A stretch of DNA of 64,000 nt, taken from positions 28,717-92,716 of the IMG/VR virus record IMGVR_UViG_3300003310_000098. One strand, 5' to 3'. Under the pieces are notes generated by a model, which did not search any database, had not been told where the DNA came from, and saw only the letters and a program-made list of their open reading frames with translations. Of this stretch, positions 37,327 to 46,844 are shown one piece after another. Position 1 is the stretch's first letter. Each line of letters opens with the position of its first letter. Source of the DNA: a virus. Made by a program: the position numbers and the translations under genes.

Positions 37327-37434
37327 TATGGCTCTGCTAGTAGTTCGGCTACCTTCGGTACTAGCCCCGTTACGGAGTCATCATTATGCTGTGGCACCAT
37401 TCGTCCGCTCGTCAACTGACCATACTATTTAACT
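37317..37434. other. 118-bp element with 15-bp terminal inverted repeats; candidate structured ncRNA
   Basis: AGTTAAATAGTATGG / CCATACTATTTAACT, GC-richer interior with nested stems. Confidence 0.5.
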
Positions 37435-37938
37435 CTTTGGACCTCTCTTCAAAGGCACAGGTTTCAATTTCTCTAAGTGGCGGTCTGGCTTACCCTTCAA
37501 ATCATGCATCATGTTATAAACTTGCTTGGTAATTTCAAAAGCATTATCGCCCTTGCATTTCTCACTTGACTGCACACTTACTGTCTTACGATCTTTATTA
37601 TAGAAACCCTTGGAAACAATAAAGCATTTTTGTTCTGCATTCCAAGAGACTAAACCTACCCATTCTCCGTCATCCCAATTTCTACTAGAAACAAGAATTC
37701 TAATTGGTGTTTCTGCATAAACATGTTTGACGTGATAATTATGCTGCTTTAATCCAGCCGAAACATAACCTAGAGCAATCTTAGCGAAGCCATCTAACAC
37801 CTCATCAGGCTTGCTACGAAAATTCACTTCAACACTGTATCTGGTCGCTTCCGCACCTTCGTTAAGTTCGTCGGCATGGACGATTAATAGTATATCGCCA
37901 ACTGTTTGCTCACCAATATAGTCTCTGAAATTTAACAT
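37429..37938 (-). CDS. Putative head-internal/virion protein
   Basis: MLNFRDYIGE. Confidence 0.8.
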   Translation of the reverse strand: MLNFRDYIGEQTVGDILLIVHADELNEGAEATRYSVEVNFRSKPDEVLDGFAKIALGYVSAGLKQHNYHVKHVYAETPIRILVSSRNWDDGEWVGLVSWNAEQKCFIVSKGFYNKDRKTVSVQSSEKCKGDNAFEITKQVYNMMHDLKGKPDRHLEKLKPVPLKRGPKS

Positions 37939-37956
37939 CTAATTATATATATTATC

Positions 37957-38274
37957 ATGAAGACTTTTAAAGAATGGGTAAAAAAAAGAATTAGAGAAGA
38001 TTCGCAGTCTAACCCTATGAATGTACAAGCAGATATCAGTGCTGTGTTAAACCCACAACCAAACCCTGCTTCAAGTAATCCAAACTTGTTGGCGACTCAA
38101 ATGGCGCAAAAATTACCCAATACGGTTTTAGCTTCATTGGCAGCGAACCCAAAAATAAAAAAACTGGCTGCACTAAATTCTTTGAATCCAAAAAATCCAA
38201 ATCAAGTGCTAGCACCAAATGCGCCAAATCAGGTAACTACCCCTGGACTCAACACAGCAAGTAATTTTAACTAA
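37957..38274 (+). CDS. Putative head-internal protein (N/P/Q-rich)
   Basis: MKTFKEWVKKRIRE. Confidence 0.75.
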   Translation: MKTFKEWVKKRIREDSQSNPMNVQADISAVLNPQPNPASSNPNLLATQMAQKLPNTVLASLAANPKIKKLAALNSLNPKNPNQVLAPNAPNQVTTPGLNTASNFN

Positions 38275-38291
38275 CATCACTATAATAAGAT

Positions 38292-38780
38292 ATGAAAAAT
38301 TATTGGATTGATAAAAAGAAGAAGAAAAGCTCGAACATAATGGGAATGGGTCTGGGACTTTTAGGTAGTACAGAAGTCCGTTTCATCAGGAAGTGGCGAT
38401 TCTATGTGGAATTCCATCAAGATTCAAAAATTCTTGTAGAACCAACTTTTGTTAAGATGAATGCACGACCACAACGATCAGTGGGTACAGGCGATCTATC
38501 ATTTACTTATTATGATGCTCCTTTATCTGTTATGACATTGGCAGCAATAGCCTATGACGACAAAAATCTTGCATTTAATAAATTAGAGAATATAACATCA
38601 ATCATAACATTGTATGATGGTTGCGGATATCTTTTAGAAAAGTGGAATTTGAGCGGACTCAAAATCATTAAATTAGACTTCGGTGAGCCTGGTTATAGCA
38701 GCCAAGAAGAATGCACATTAGGTATGGATTTATCCTACGATGTTTGTATTTATGAGAACCTAGTGCCTAGTCCATTGTAA
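38292..38780 (+). CDS. Tail tube protein paralogue (gp19-like)
   Basis: RKWRF, FVKMNARP, TYYD, LYDGCG..LE.W, EECT align with 46043..46768. Confidence 0.75.
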   Translation: MKNYWIDKKKKKSSNIMGMGLGLLGSTEVRFIRKWRFYVEFHQDSKILVEPTFVKMNARPQRSVGTGDLSFTYYDAPLSVMTLAAIAYDDKNLAFNKLENITSIITLYDGCGYLLEKWNLSGLKIIKLDFGEPGYSSQEECTLGMDLSYDVCIYENLVPSPL

Positions 38781-39663
38781 TGCCAAGTGTCGGGCCATCA
38801 CCCCATCTATAAATCAAGTCTTGACGCCATTCTTTAAGACCTTCTTTAGATTCCTGCAATAATGTAGGACCGTCTAATTGAACGCCGCCACTTGGACCTG
38901 GAATGTTAGTAAACTTACCACGAACTCTTCCTAACATTGCCATCGCATGATACAAAGAACCTGTAATCATAGCAGTCGTAACCTGTTTAAAATCAGGTTT
39001 CTTCTGTAGATAATGTACCATTACAGGGTGACAACCGCATGGAGTTGGGTATAACTTTATATTACAATACCCATCAATCCATTCCCAACCACCTAATTGG
39101 CTAGATAATCTGTTATACATTTGTTCGTACTGTTTGTATAAAACCCATTCGCCTGCACGCCCATAGATAGGGGTATTTGGGTCCATCAAACCGCCTTGGA
39201 TACTGGAATAGGCACCGCCTGGGTAATAATATTCAATTGGAAGAACACCACCTACGTCCGAACCATTGAAAGTCAAGTTTGGTTGTTCTCGGTAATATAC
39301 CATGCGGATGAAGCCAACATCTGGGGGCATCGTGTAAACACTTTTTCCTGCTGTTGTATTAAATACATAGTAGGTGAAGTATTCACGACCTGCATATTCT
39401 TCAAATTCCAATAGAGCAAGATCAACGGCAGCATCTAATTGCTGGTTATCCAACTCTATTTTGACGCTAGGCGCACCTAATTGCAGTAGAACTAAGTCTT
39501 TGATTTGTTCTCTTACAATTTCACGGCATGGGCGCTTACCTATTTTGCCGCAACATGCTGGTCCTGTTAGGCCATTAGGATAACCACAATCATTGGCACA
39601 TGCATTGGCTTGTGACTGACTTGGGCGATTAATATACAAAGTATTGTTATTACAACTTGACAT
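38767..39663 (-). CDS. Neck protein (T4 gp13-like)
   Basis: LQLGAPSVKIELDNQQLD and GKFTNIPGPSGGVQLDG. Confidence 0.85.
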   Translation of the reverse strand: MSSCNNNTLYINRPSQSQANACANDCGYPNGLTGPACCGKIGKRPCREIVREQIKDLVLLQLGAPSVKIELDNQQLDAAVDLALLEFEEYAGREYFTYYVFNTTAGKSVYTMPPDVGFIRMVYYREQPNLTFNGSDVGGVLPIEYYYPGGAYSSIQGGLMDPNTPIYGRAGEWVLYKQYEQMYNRLSSQLGGWEWIDGYCNIKLYPTPCGCHPVMVHYLQKKPDFKQVTTAMITGSLYHAMAMLGRVRGKFTNIPGPSGGVQLDGPTLLQESKEGLKEWRQDLIYRWGDGPTLGITMD

Positions 39664-39700
39664 TAACTGTATATATAATTGTTAAGAAGGAAATATAGAA

Positions 39701-42700
39701 ATGGAGAGAAATAAATTGTTTATACAACCTTTTGAATTCGGTGGATTCCTAGAAACAAAATGGGACAGTTTTGTAAATCAAATACTTTCTGAAGCACGTC
39801 ACCGTGCCCAAAAAGCCGCTTATAGCATGGGTGGTGGTGAAGTTCCTAAAATGAACCTATTGCCAGGTGAATATACTGCCGATCAGAAGCATCTTACACA
39901 ATTTCATCCAGAAACATTGAATCACGCCATACACAGAAGATATGGGCGAGACTTATTGAGATTAGGCCAGCATTGGGATGTAAATAAAAAACTACCAGAA
40001 GATGCTGATCGTGCAGACAAGCACGACCTGGAAGTTAGAAAACCAGGCAAAGTTAGCAAAGAGTATGAAGGACACACATTAGTAAGACGATATAAAAACG
40101 TATTGAGTGATATTTTGACTGATGAAGAATATAAAGATTTGGATGACGAGCAGAAAAAAGCATACGATGAGGCGAAGGATGATCCATCCAAATTAGTTCA
40201 TGTTACTGACCCAGATACAGGTGAATCTATACCTAAACTGAAGCTTAGAGTATATACTGGTCATTCTCATCTTGGTAATGCTCTTAGTGCGCCTGCAAAG
40301 GTGGTTGCAAATCAGCATGAAAATCCAGGTAATAAAAAATTCAAGCCTGGAATTGGTCTAAACGATATTGAAATGATTGATAAGGAAACTGGTGCAATCA
40401 TAGAACCAGGCCACCCAAAATATGAAGAACATGCTAAAAAAGTAAAGGAGTATTTGCAGAGTGGTCACGGTTTATACGATTTCGATCTTAGTGATGTTTT
40501 AATGGTGCCAAGAGAGAAATTCTTGAACATGGAAGACTACAGAATCGTCAGGGCACTTGCTCCAAGATGGCAAAAGGTATTTAATTCATTGCCAAAATAC
40601 GCACAGGATGATGGTAGCTGGAAATATGATGCGGACCTTCTGCAAAGTGACCCCCAATATAGTCAGTTAGAGAAAGAGATTGAGAAAAAGAGAAAGAGAA
40701 TGCTTGAAGAACCTGGCCACAGTATGTCTGGATATGAACCAATCAAGAACGAAAAAGCCACAGGCATGTTGACCGACTGGATGCGAGCAAACGCTTTGGG
40801 TATTCTTGGACCAAGACTTAAAGAAGGTGAAACAGTTAAAGACCCTGTGACGGGCAAGATGGTCAAAGTGCATTTAATGCCATACGAAAAAGCCGTAAGA
40901 TATTTTGGTGGGAGAAACCTAACAGTTGGTTTCGACCCAAACAAAATGTCCAGAGGTGATAAGCAGAAGGCACATCCAGGTGATGTTATGCAACTGGACA
41001 TTCCAGTTATCCCAAGATGGGTTTCTTATGAAGACCTAAGAGTTATGTTTCCTCATGGTGTAAATGCAGGAGATGCAGAAGGGGGTGAAGAAAAGTCTCT
41101 AGGTCACAATACTCAGAAAATATGGGTTCCTTATCTAAGAGACACTAAAATTTTACCAAAAGTTCAATGGACAGACAAACAAAAAGCAATCATGGCTCAT
41201 CGTGCGGAGCCAGATTTATTACCTGGATTCGAGGAAAATAGAAACGAAAAACTGACGGATGCACAGGTTGAAGAATTGGTTAAGCGATACAAAGCTGTTG
41301 CTGATGAAAGATTCATGAGTGGTAAGAATAAAGGTGAACTTACTCCAAATGCAAGGAAAGTAAGAGAAGCTTCTACTAGCGTAGACGTTGCTAACATCAT
41401 GAATAATTGGGATTTATTAAGTGATGAACAAAAAGAACATATTATTAAAAACTCTAGAAATCTAGTACAACATGCAAAGGCTATGCATGGTGGCATCAAT
41501 AATGCAGACATACATTCGCACACCAACTATAGTCATGGTATGGGATACAATGTCAACAAAGCAAGCCCTGGTATGCCACACTTAGGATTAACTGCCGAGC
41601 AAATTCAGCAGGTTGAAAAGAAGTATGGTTCAGAGATAACAGAGGAAGTTGTAACTGGTGCTAATCGCTGGTTTTTTGGTCATGCACAAGGAAACAAGCT
41701 ATCCAAAGCTGGGAAACAGGGTGCCGCAGACGCCGTGGTTGGTTCCGTATTTGCTCCTCAGTATGTAGTGAAAGCCATGTATAACAAAAGTGATGATCTA
41801 ATGCATATTGCCAAGTTGTATATAATGGCGTTCTTAAATGATTACAAGATGGGTATTTATGACCCTGAAGTGGGTTTAAGTGATCCAAACAAAAGTGAGA
41901 AAATCATGAAATGGGCGGCTAAAGGCCAGCCAGCAAAAGGTGGCAAGCAGGAAAGAATACTCAAAGTTCAGTCATTACTGACCACTTTATCAGGTGCTGC
42001 GATAGGCGATGTTCCACCAAAAAGACATAGAGGGAGTAATGCCATTGAAGTTCAAGGAGGTGAGGATGCAAAAGGTAAAGCATTTGATCCTTCAACAGAA
42101 GATAAGGAACGTAGCGATAATGCTGCACACGTTAGTAGGTACGATTCAAAGCGTGCTGCCAAAATGCCTGAAGGTATGTTGGTAAGTGCTAAGGGTCATT
42201 TGGGAAATGTAGAAATGCCAGAAATAGTTCAAAACATTCGCCAGATCGTCAAGCAAAATTTAGGTGCTGATAGAGCAAAATCTGTAGACTTAATGCTTAA
42301 AAGATATCAGGCAGCTACTATTGCCGAAGCGGATTTGACAAGGGAATACGACGAGAAATTCTCCAAGGAAAAAAATCCTGATGGAAGTCCTAAGTATAAG
42401 ACCGAAGAGGAAAGGGAAAAGGCTGTAGACGATTATGTACATTCCATACTACCAGAGTTCTTGAAGACAGCAAATAAGGATTTATATGGTCATATGACCC
42501 CAAATGAACAGGAAGAATTAATCACACAGTTGAAGTCAAAGAAGAAAGAAAACTATGTTGATTTCAATTTCGATCAAGACAATCCTGATTATGTGGAAGA
42601 ATTTACAAGTGCTATGGAAAAGTTCTGGGATAATATTTTAAATGGCCGTTATGCAACTCTTCCACAATATAACGAAGAATCAAAGAAATTTGAAGAGAGT

Positions 42701-43321
42701 GAAGACAATCTGGAATTTTCCTTGCAAAATTTTGTAAGTGATAGAGGAGAGCCAATGAGTCCTGCAAAATTTGTGGAAGTTATGCAGGCACTTTATAGCA
42801 AAGCCGCTAGCGAAGCTACTTCAAAAACCAAGCCTCAAATAAATCAGGACTTAGAAGATATTGCTCCTATGGTTTATGAAGCCGTTTTGAAGATTTCGAA
42901 ACACTATACAGGGCAATCATTTGCTGAAATTAGCAAAATGTTACACCAAGCTGGTTTGGGTGGCACAGAAACCAGTCCCGTACAACAGCCTCAACAGCCT
43001 CAACAGCCAACACAACAGCCTCAACAGCCAACACAACAGCCTCAGATGGCAGCGAACGTTATTGATGGTTTGTTGAGCGGTTTGACAAAGTATGTTGGCC
43101 ATGCAGATTTCATTAAGTTGGTTGATAATCTTGCAGCAAGAGTCGAGGAGTTGAAAACTTCACCTAATCGAAAAGCTATTGCCGAAAAAATAAAGGCTAC
43201 TTATGAAACTATAGCTAAAATTAGGAGAGACATGATTATGTCCGATAAGTTTGAGTATAGTAAGGCTGAAGCAAATGCGTTTGGTAAATTGGAATCTTTA
43301 TATAAGGCGTTAGCATCTTGA
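39701..43321 (+). CDS. Large (1206 aa) hypothetical protein, probably virion-associated
   Basis: Uninterrupted ORF, hydrophilic, QQP repeat near C-terminus. Confidence 0.85.
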   Translation: MERNKLFIQPFEFGGFLETKWDSFVNQILSEARHRAQKAAYSMGGGEVPKMNLLPGEYTADQKHLTQFHPETLNHAIHRRYGRDLLRLGQHWDVNKKLPEDADRADKHDLEVRKPGKVSKEYEGHTLVRRYKNVLSDILTDEEYKDLDDEQKKAYDEAKDDPSKLVHVTDPDTGESIPKLKLRVYTGHSHLGNALSAPAKVVANQHENPGNKKFKPGIGLNDIEMIDKETGAIIEPGHPKYEEHAKKVKEYLQSGHGLYDFDLSDVLMVPREKFLNMEDYRIVRALAPRWQKVFNSLPKYAQDDGSWKYDADLLQSDPQYSQLEKEIEKKRKRMLEEPGHSMSGYEPIKNEKATGMLTDWMRANALGILGPRLKEGETVKDPVTGKMVKVHLMPYEKAVRYFGGRNLTVGFDPNKMSRGDKQKAHPGDVMQLDIPVIPRWVSYEDLRVMFPHGVNAGDAEGGEEKSLGHNTQKIWVPYLRDTKILPKVQWTDKQKAIMAHRAEPDLLPGFEENRNEKLTDAQVEELVKRYKAVADERFMSGKNKGELTPNARKVREASTSVDVANIMNNWDLLSDEQKEHIIKNSRNLVQHAKAMHGGINNADIHSHTNYSHGMGYNVNKASPGMPHLGLTAEQIQQVEKKYGSEITEEVVTGANRWFFGHAQGNKLSKAGKQGAADAVVGSVFAPQYVVKAMYNKSDDLMHIAKLYIMAFLNDYKMGIYDPEVGLSDPNKSEKIMKWAAKGQPAKGGKQERILKVQSLLTTLSGAAIGDVPPKRHRGSNAIEVQGGEDAKGKAFDPSTEDKERSDNAAHVSRYDSKRAAKMPEGMLVSAKGHLGNVEMPEIVQNIRQIVKQNLGADRAKSVDLMLKRYQAATIAEADLTREYDEKFSKEKNPDGSPKYKTEEEREKAVDDYVHSILPEFLKTANKDLYGHMTPNEQEELITQLKSKKKENYVDFNFDQDNPDYVEEFTSAMEKFWDNILNGRYATLPQYNEESKKFEESEDNLEFSLQNFVSDRGEPMSPAKFVEVMQALYSKAASEATSKTKPQINQDLEDIAPMVYEAVLKISKHYTGQSFAEISKMLHQAGLGGTETSPVQQPQQPQQPTQQPQQPTQQPQMAANVIDGLLSGLTKYVGHADFIKLVDNLAARVEELKTSPNRKAIAEKIKATYETIAKIRRDMIMSDKFEYSKAEANAFGKLESLYKALAS

Positions 43322-43482
43322 AAACTTTCAGAAAATGGTTGAGCGAGATGGTGGGCACAAATGCTATAGTAGGTAGTTGTGCCCCCACTGCCGATTATCA
43401 AGTTTGGGGTGCATGTAGTGATTTAAAAAAGAGGAAAAAGAAAAAGCGTGGAAAATCTATCACAAATACTCCAAAATCCTAA
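43318..43482 (+). CDS. Small putative head-internal protein (54 aa, TTG start)
   Basis: TTGA overlap with upstream stop; MKTFRKWLSEMVGTNAIV...; not in ORF track. Confidence 0.7.
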   Translation: MKTFRKWLSEMVGTNAIVGSCAPTADYQVWGACSDLKKRKKKKRGKSITNTPKS

Positions 43483-43705
43483 GACTATGGTTTTGAGAAA
43501 GTTTATGGTTCAAATCTTGGCGAATAAAGCCGAAAACTATGACGAATTAATTACTAGAATTGGATTTAATCTAGTCACAGAGAACGATTTGAAAATGTTC
43601 GCACTTATGGTCAACGATCTACTAGAAGTCGGTTATCGTAGAGCAGTAGAAGATTACAGGGGGCAACTTAGCGAAATGGGAATTGAAATATCTATGAAAA
43701 ATTAG
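43448..43705 (+). CDS. Hypothetical protein
   Basis: GTG start ORF. Confidence 0.7.
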   Translation: MENLSQILQNPKTMVLRKFMVQILANKAENYDELITRIGFNLVTENDLKMFALMVNDLLEVGYRRAVEDYRGQLSEMGIEISMKN

Positions 43706-44240
43706 GCTGATAGTCGCTTATTTGTCCAGTCACTATCCAGAAACCTTTTTCATAATTATGATTATTAGTTACTCTCCACCACCTTCTATCCTTGTTCAAA
43801 GGAAATATCACAGAGTTAGTAGGAATTTCCTGTTTGGTTATTAACTGCAAGTGCAAATCATTCGACTCAAAAAGTTTAGCTTCAAATTTATATTTTTCAC
43901 CATATTTAATTCTACTGTAATTTGAGCCGTATAACGGGTCTACTTTGTTAATAATTTTTGCAGGCAAGCACCACACGTCAAACACATACTCATCTCTGCC
44001 AACTGAATGGCCCTTCTCTATTATCTTCTCTACTATCTCGACCTCCCCAACAGCTTCCTCTTGTTCTTCTTCAACTTGTTCCTCAGCTTCTTCAATTTCT
44101 AATTTATTGCCATAATATCTTTTGCCAAATTTGTTATGAAATATCACTTTCTCGTCTTTTGGCCATAGAACCTGGGAATTCATGATTGGATTTGGTTTAC
44201 TGAAGCAATATATACTACCATCTTTGTTTTTTATAGCCAT
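43692..44240 (-). CDS. Diverged gp14-like paralogue
   Basis: MAIKNKDGSIY and DPLYG..., SVIFP...WWRV resemble 44272..44859. Confidence 0.6.
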   Translation of the reverse strand: MAIKNKDGSIYCFSKPNPIMNSQVLWPKDEKVIFHNKFGKRYYGNKLEIEEAEEQVEEEQEEAVGEVEIVEKIIEKGHSVGRDEYVFDVWCLPAKIINKVDPLYGSNYSRIKYGEKYKFEAKLFESNDLHLQLITKQEIPTNSVIFPLNKDRRWWRVTNNHNYEKGFWIVTGQISDYQPNFS

Positions 44241-44271
44241 TTTAATATTTAGTGGTTGGATAAATAAATAC

Positions 44272-44859
44272 ATGACCTGCATTAAAAATTGCGATGGAAC
44301 GCCCTATCAATTATCTGGCTCACTAAACCTTTTTGATCCAGAGAGCCGCGATCATGCTTTGATAAACTCTTTTGATTCACAGCTTATTGAGATAGCTGGT
44401 TCTCCTATATTTTACTACGAAGTCTTTATACAAACACATAATACTTTGGATACTTTGTATCGTGAAGATAGAGGAAAGATTTTCTCTAATAATCCTATTC
44501 AATTAAGAGGGTACTACGAACCTATACCTTCTCAGAATTTTATGAATCAGTTTGGCATTGATGCACCAGATGAAATGCAGATTATGTTCAACTATAATGA
44601 TGTTCTTAGGGCAATTGGGCATCCGCCTAAAGTAGGTTCAAGAATTTTCACACCAATGAAATCAGAAAATTGGGTGGTTATACAAAGAAATGCTGGAGAT
44701 TTCTTCCTGTGGGATCAGTTGAGATTGATACTTATTGTTCAGAGATTCCAAGAATCTGTTACTACTGGAGAAGGTAAGGTTACTCAAAAACAAACTGATT
44801 TTAAATTGAACTCAGGTAAATATCTAACAGGCGGTAATGAGATGCACTGTAAGGAATAA
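44272..44859 (+). CDS. Neck/head-closure protein (T4 gp14-like)
   Basis: DTLYRED, FGIDAPDE, PKVGSRIF. Confidence 0.8.
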   Translation: MTCIKNCDGTPYQLSGSLNLFDPESRDHALINSFDSQLIEIAGSPIFYYEVFIQTHNTLDTLYREDRGKIFSNNPIQLRGYYEPIPSQNFMNQFGIDAPDEMQIMFNYNDVLRAIGHPPKVGSRIFTPMKSENWVVIQRNAGDFFLWDQLRLILIVQRFQESVTTGEGKVTQKQTDFKLNSGKYLTGGNEMHCKE

Positions 44860-44862
44860 TTT

Positions 44863-45942
44863 ATGACAAATATGAAGGACGTAAATGCGGAGAAGTCTCT
44901 GGTTGAATGCCAGGAGCGAGATAACGTCAACTCCGTTAATATTGATCCAGTCCCAAAACAATGTGGGGATGATAATTGGCCTTCACAGAAACGTGTTGCG
45001 AAGAATCCAGCAATAGATTGGCGAGAAGTTCCACACATCCCAAACACTAAACTAGGTCAAACTGGAAATTGTGACCCAATTCAAACTGGTCAAATTATTA
45101 ATGACCTGGACACTCCAAACAGAGAAGTAGTCTATCGTTACGCGCGAGGTATACGCGCTAATGATGAAGCTATGTTGGATACTTTCAGGAATATAAAAGT
45201 AATTGACGAGCAGGGGCAGGAGCATACTGTTCCTATCATATGGGCAAGTCAGGAAAAAGCTGTAGATATGATTCTGCAAGATAACGTGAGAAAAGATAAT
45301 TCGCTAGTGGTGGATAGGATTAGATTGCCTATTATGGCGATTTGGAACAATGGTATGACGCCTGACATGACGAGATTTACATATCAAAGAGCTTATTCAT
45401 TATTACCATGTCCTGGTGAGGATGGCACTCCAGGTTGTCCAGGTTTTACTCAGCAGGAAAAGTATAAAAGAGACACATTCTTTGGTGTTACAAGAGGCTG
45501 GCCAGTCAATATTAACTACACTTTGTATATATGGACTCTTTATGAAGAGGATATGAATCAAATTTTGGAACAATGTTTCCTTAAATTCTCTTCTGTAGCT
45601 TACTTACAAGTCAAAGGTGTCTATTGGGAAGTAATTGTGACATTGGATAGTACGGCTAATAATATGGATTTAGAGCCAGGTGATGCCAAGATCAGGGTAC
45701 TTAAGTATCAATTGAATATGACTGCTAAGAGTTATATACCACAGCCAATTTATCGGTTTAAAAAGTTGCCACCTAGTCTATGTGAAGACCCAAATGCTAG
45801 ACCTGATGATTTAATTTATCCAAGGACGCCTATGGCACCTAAAAACGAGATGAAAACTATGACTGACGAAGAGATGCTGCAAGCTATTGCTGAGACACGC
45901 GCTAATCTTGCGGAAATCGAGAAATCTTTGTTACAAAAATAA
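44863..45942 (+). CDS. Tail terminator/sheath stabiliser (T4 gp15-like)
   Basis: VPIIWASQEK, LPIMA, PVNINYTLYIW...EDMNQILEQ. Confidence 0.85.
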   Translation: MTNMKDVNAEKSLVECQERDNVNSVNIDPVPKQCGDDNWPSQKRVAKNPAIDWREVPHIPNTKLGQTGNCDPIQTGQIINDLDTPNREVVYRYARGIRANDEAMLDTFRNIKVIDEQGQEHTVPIIWASQEKAVDMILQDNVRKDNSLVVDRIRLPIMAIWNNGMTPDMTRFTYQRAYSLLPCPGEDGTPGCPGFTQQEKYKRDTFFGVTRGWPVNINYTLYIWTLYEEDMNQILEQCFLKFSSVAYLQVKGVYWEVIVTLDSTANNMDLEPGDAKIRVLKYQLNMTAKSYIPQPIYRFKKLPPSLCEDPNARPDDLIYPRTPMAPKNEMKTMTDEEMLQAIAETRANLAEIEKSLLQK

Positions 45943-46042
45943 ACTTAAAATTAACCCATGAATCAATATATACTTAACAAGGCAATTAATAATTGAAAAT
46001 TTTCAATATGCAGTGTAAATAAAGATTAAGGAGAAGTAAAAA

Positions 46043-46768
46043 ATGGCATGTAATTTAGCAGCAGACGCAACACTTCCTGATCCACCTGGACCTTGTGATG
46101 TAGCCACATTGAAAATGGGTCTTGGCGCATTGGGGAATGGCGATGTAATATTCAAAAGGAAATTTCGATGGACTTTTGAAATTGAATACTGTTGTGGAGA
46201 AGCAAACGGAAGAAAAGTGCCAGCATCTTTCGTTAAAATGGGCAATAGACCACAAATAGATTTTGAAGAAGTCGAAATTAATTACTTGAACGGTAAGATG
46301 TTCATTCCTGGCAAAGGCACATGGCAACCATTAAGTGTCACTTACTATGACGTTGCTGGTTTAACATCTGGTTCGGCTACAGCGGAACTATTAAGTTGGA
46401 TTGCAAGTATTTACGACTTTACTGACCCTGAATGCTTGCCAATGAACTCTTCATTGGGATCATATGCAGGTAGAGCTAAACTTATGCTTTACGACGGTTG
46501 CGGCAATCCACTTGAATCTTGGCTACTTAACGATGTTTGGCCACAATCTGTTAATTGGGGCGATTTAGACATGGGTAGTTCTGATGAATGTACTATTGAA
46601 TTAACACTAAGATATAGCAGTGTAAGATACACTAGCTTCTGCCCATCTGGTAGTATTATTCGTTGCGACTGTGAGCCATGTCCAACGTCTCCTGCTGTCG
46701 CTGCTCCTCCTGATGATGGTGGTGTGGTTGATGATGGTGGCGGCAGTCCAGGCTTTGCATTGCGTTAA
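46043..46768 (+). CDS. Tail tube protein (T4 gp19-like), likely major
   Basis: KRKFRW, RPQIDFEEVEINYLN, PGKGTWQPLSVTYYD, WPQSVNWGDLD; RBS and terminator. Confidence 0.88.
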   Translation: MACNLAADATLPDPPGPCDVATLKMGLGALGNGDVIFKRKFRWTFEIEYCCGEANGRKVPASFVKMGNRPQIDFEEVEINYLNGKMFIPGKGTWQPLSVTYYDVAGLTSGSATAELLSWIASIYDFTDPECLPMNSSLGSYAGRAKLMLYDGCGNPLESWLLNDVWPQSVNWGDLDMGSSDECTIELTLRYSSVRYTSFCPSGSIIRCDCEPCPTSPAVAAPPDDGGVVDDGGGSPGFALR

Positions 46769-46785
46769 TCTTATTAATTAAAATT

Positions 46786-46821
46786 AAAAAAAGAGGAACG
46801 AAATATCGTTCCTCTTTTTTT
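46786..46821 (+). terminator. Terminator
   Basis: AAAAAAAGAGGAACG-AAATAT-CGTTCCTCTTTTTTT. Confidence 0.8.
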
Positions 46822-46844
46822 ATATATATTAAAAGAGGTATTAT

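Noticed and set aside
37335..37420. Canonical hammerhead ribozyme or SRP RNA
   Set aside because: UUGACGA...CGAAU and ACC-GAA-GGUAGC only partly match the conserved cores (CUGANGA/GAAA; CAGG...GNRA...AGCA), so no family is assigned
40470..40500. RNA polymerase DxDGD motif in the 1206-aa protein
   Set aside because: Sequence is YDFDLSD, lacking the GD; no other RNAP motifs recognised
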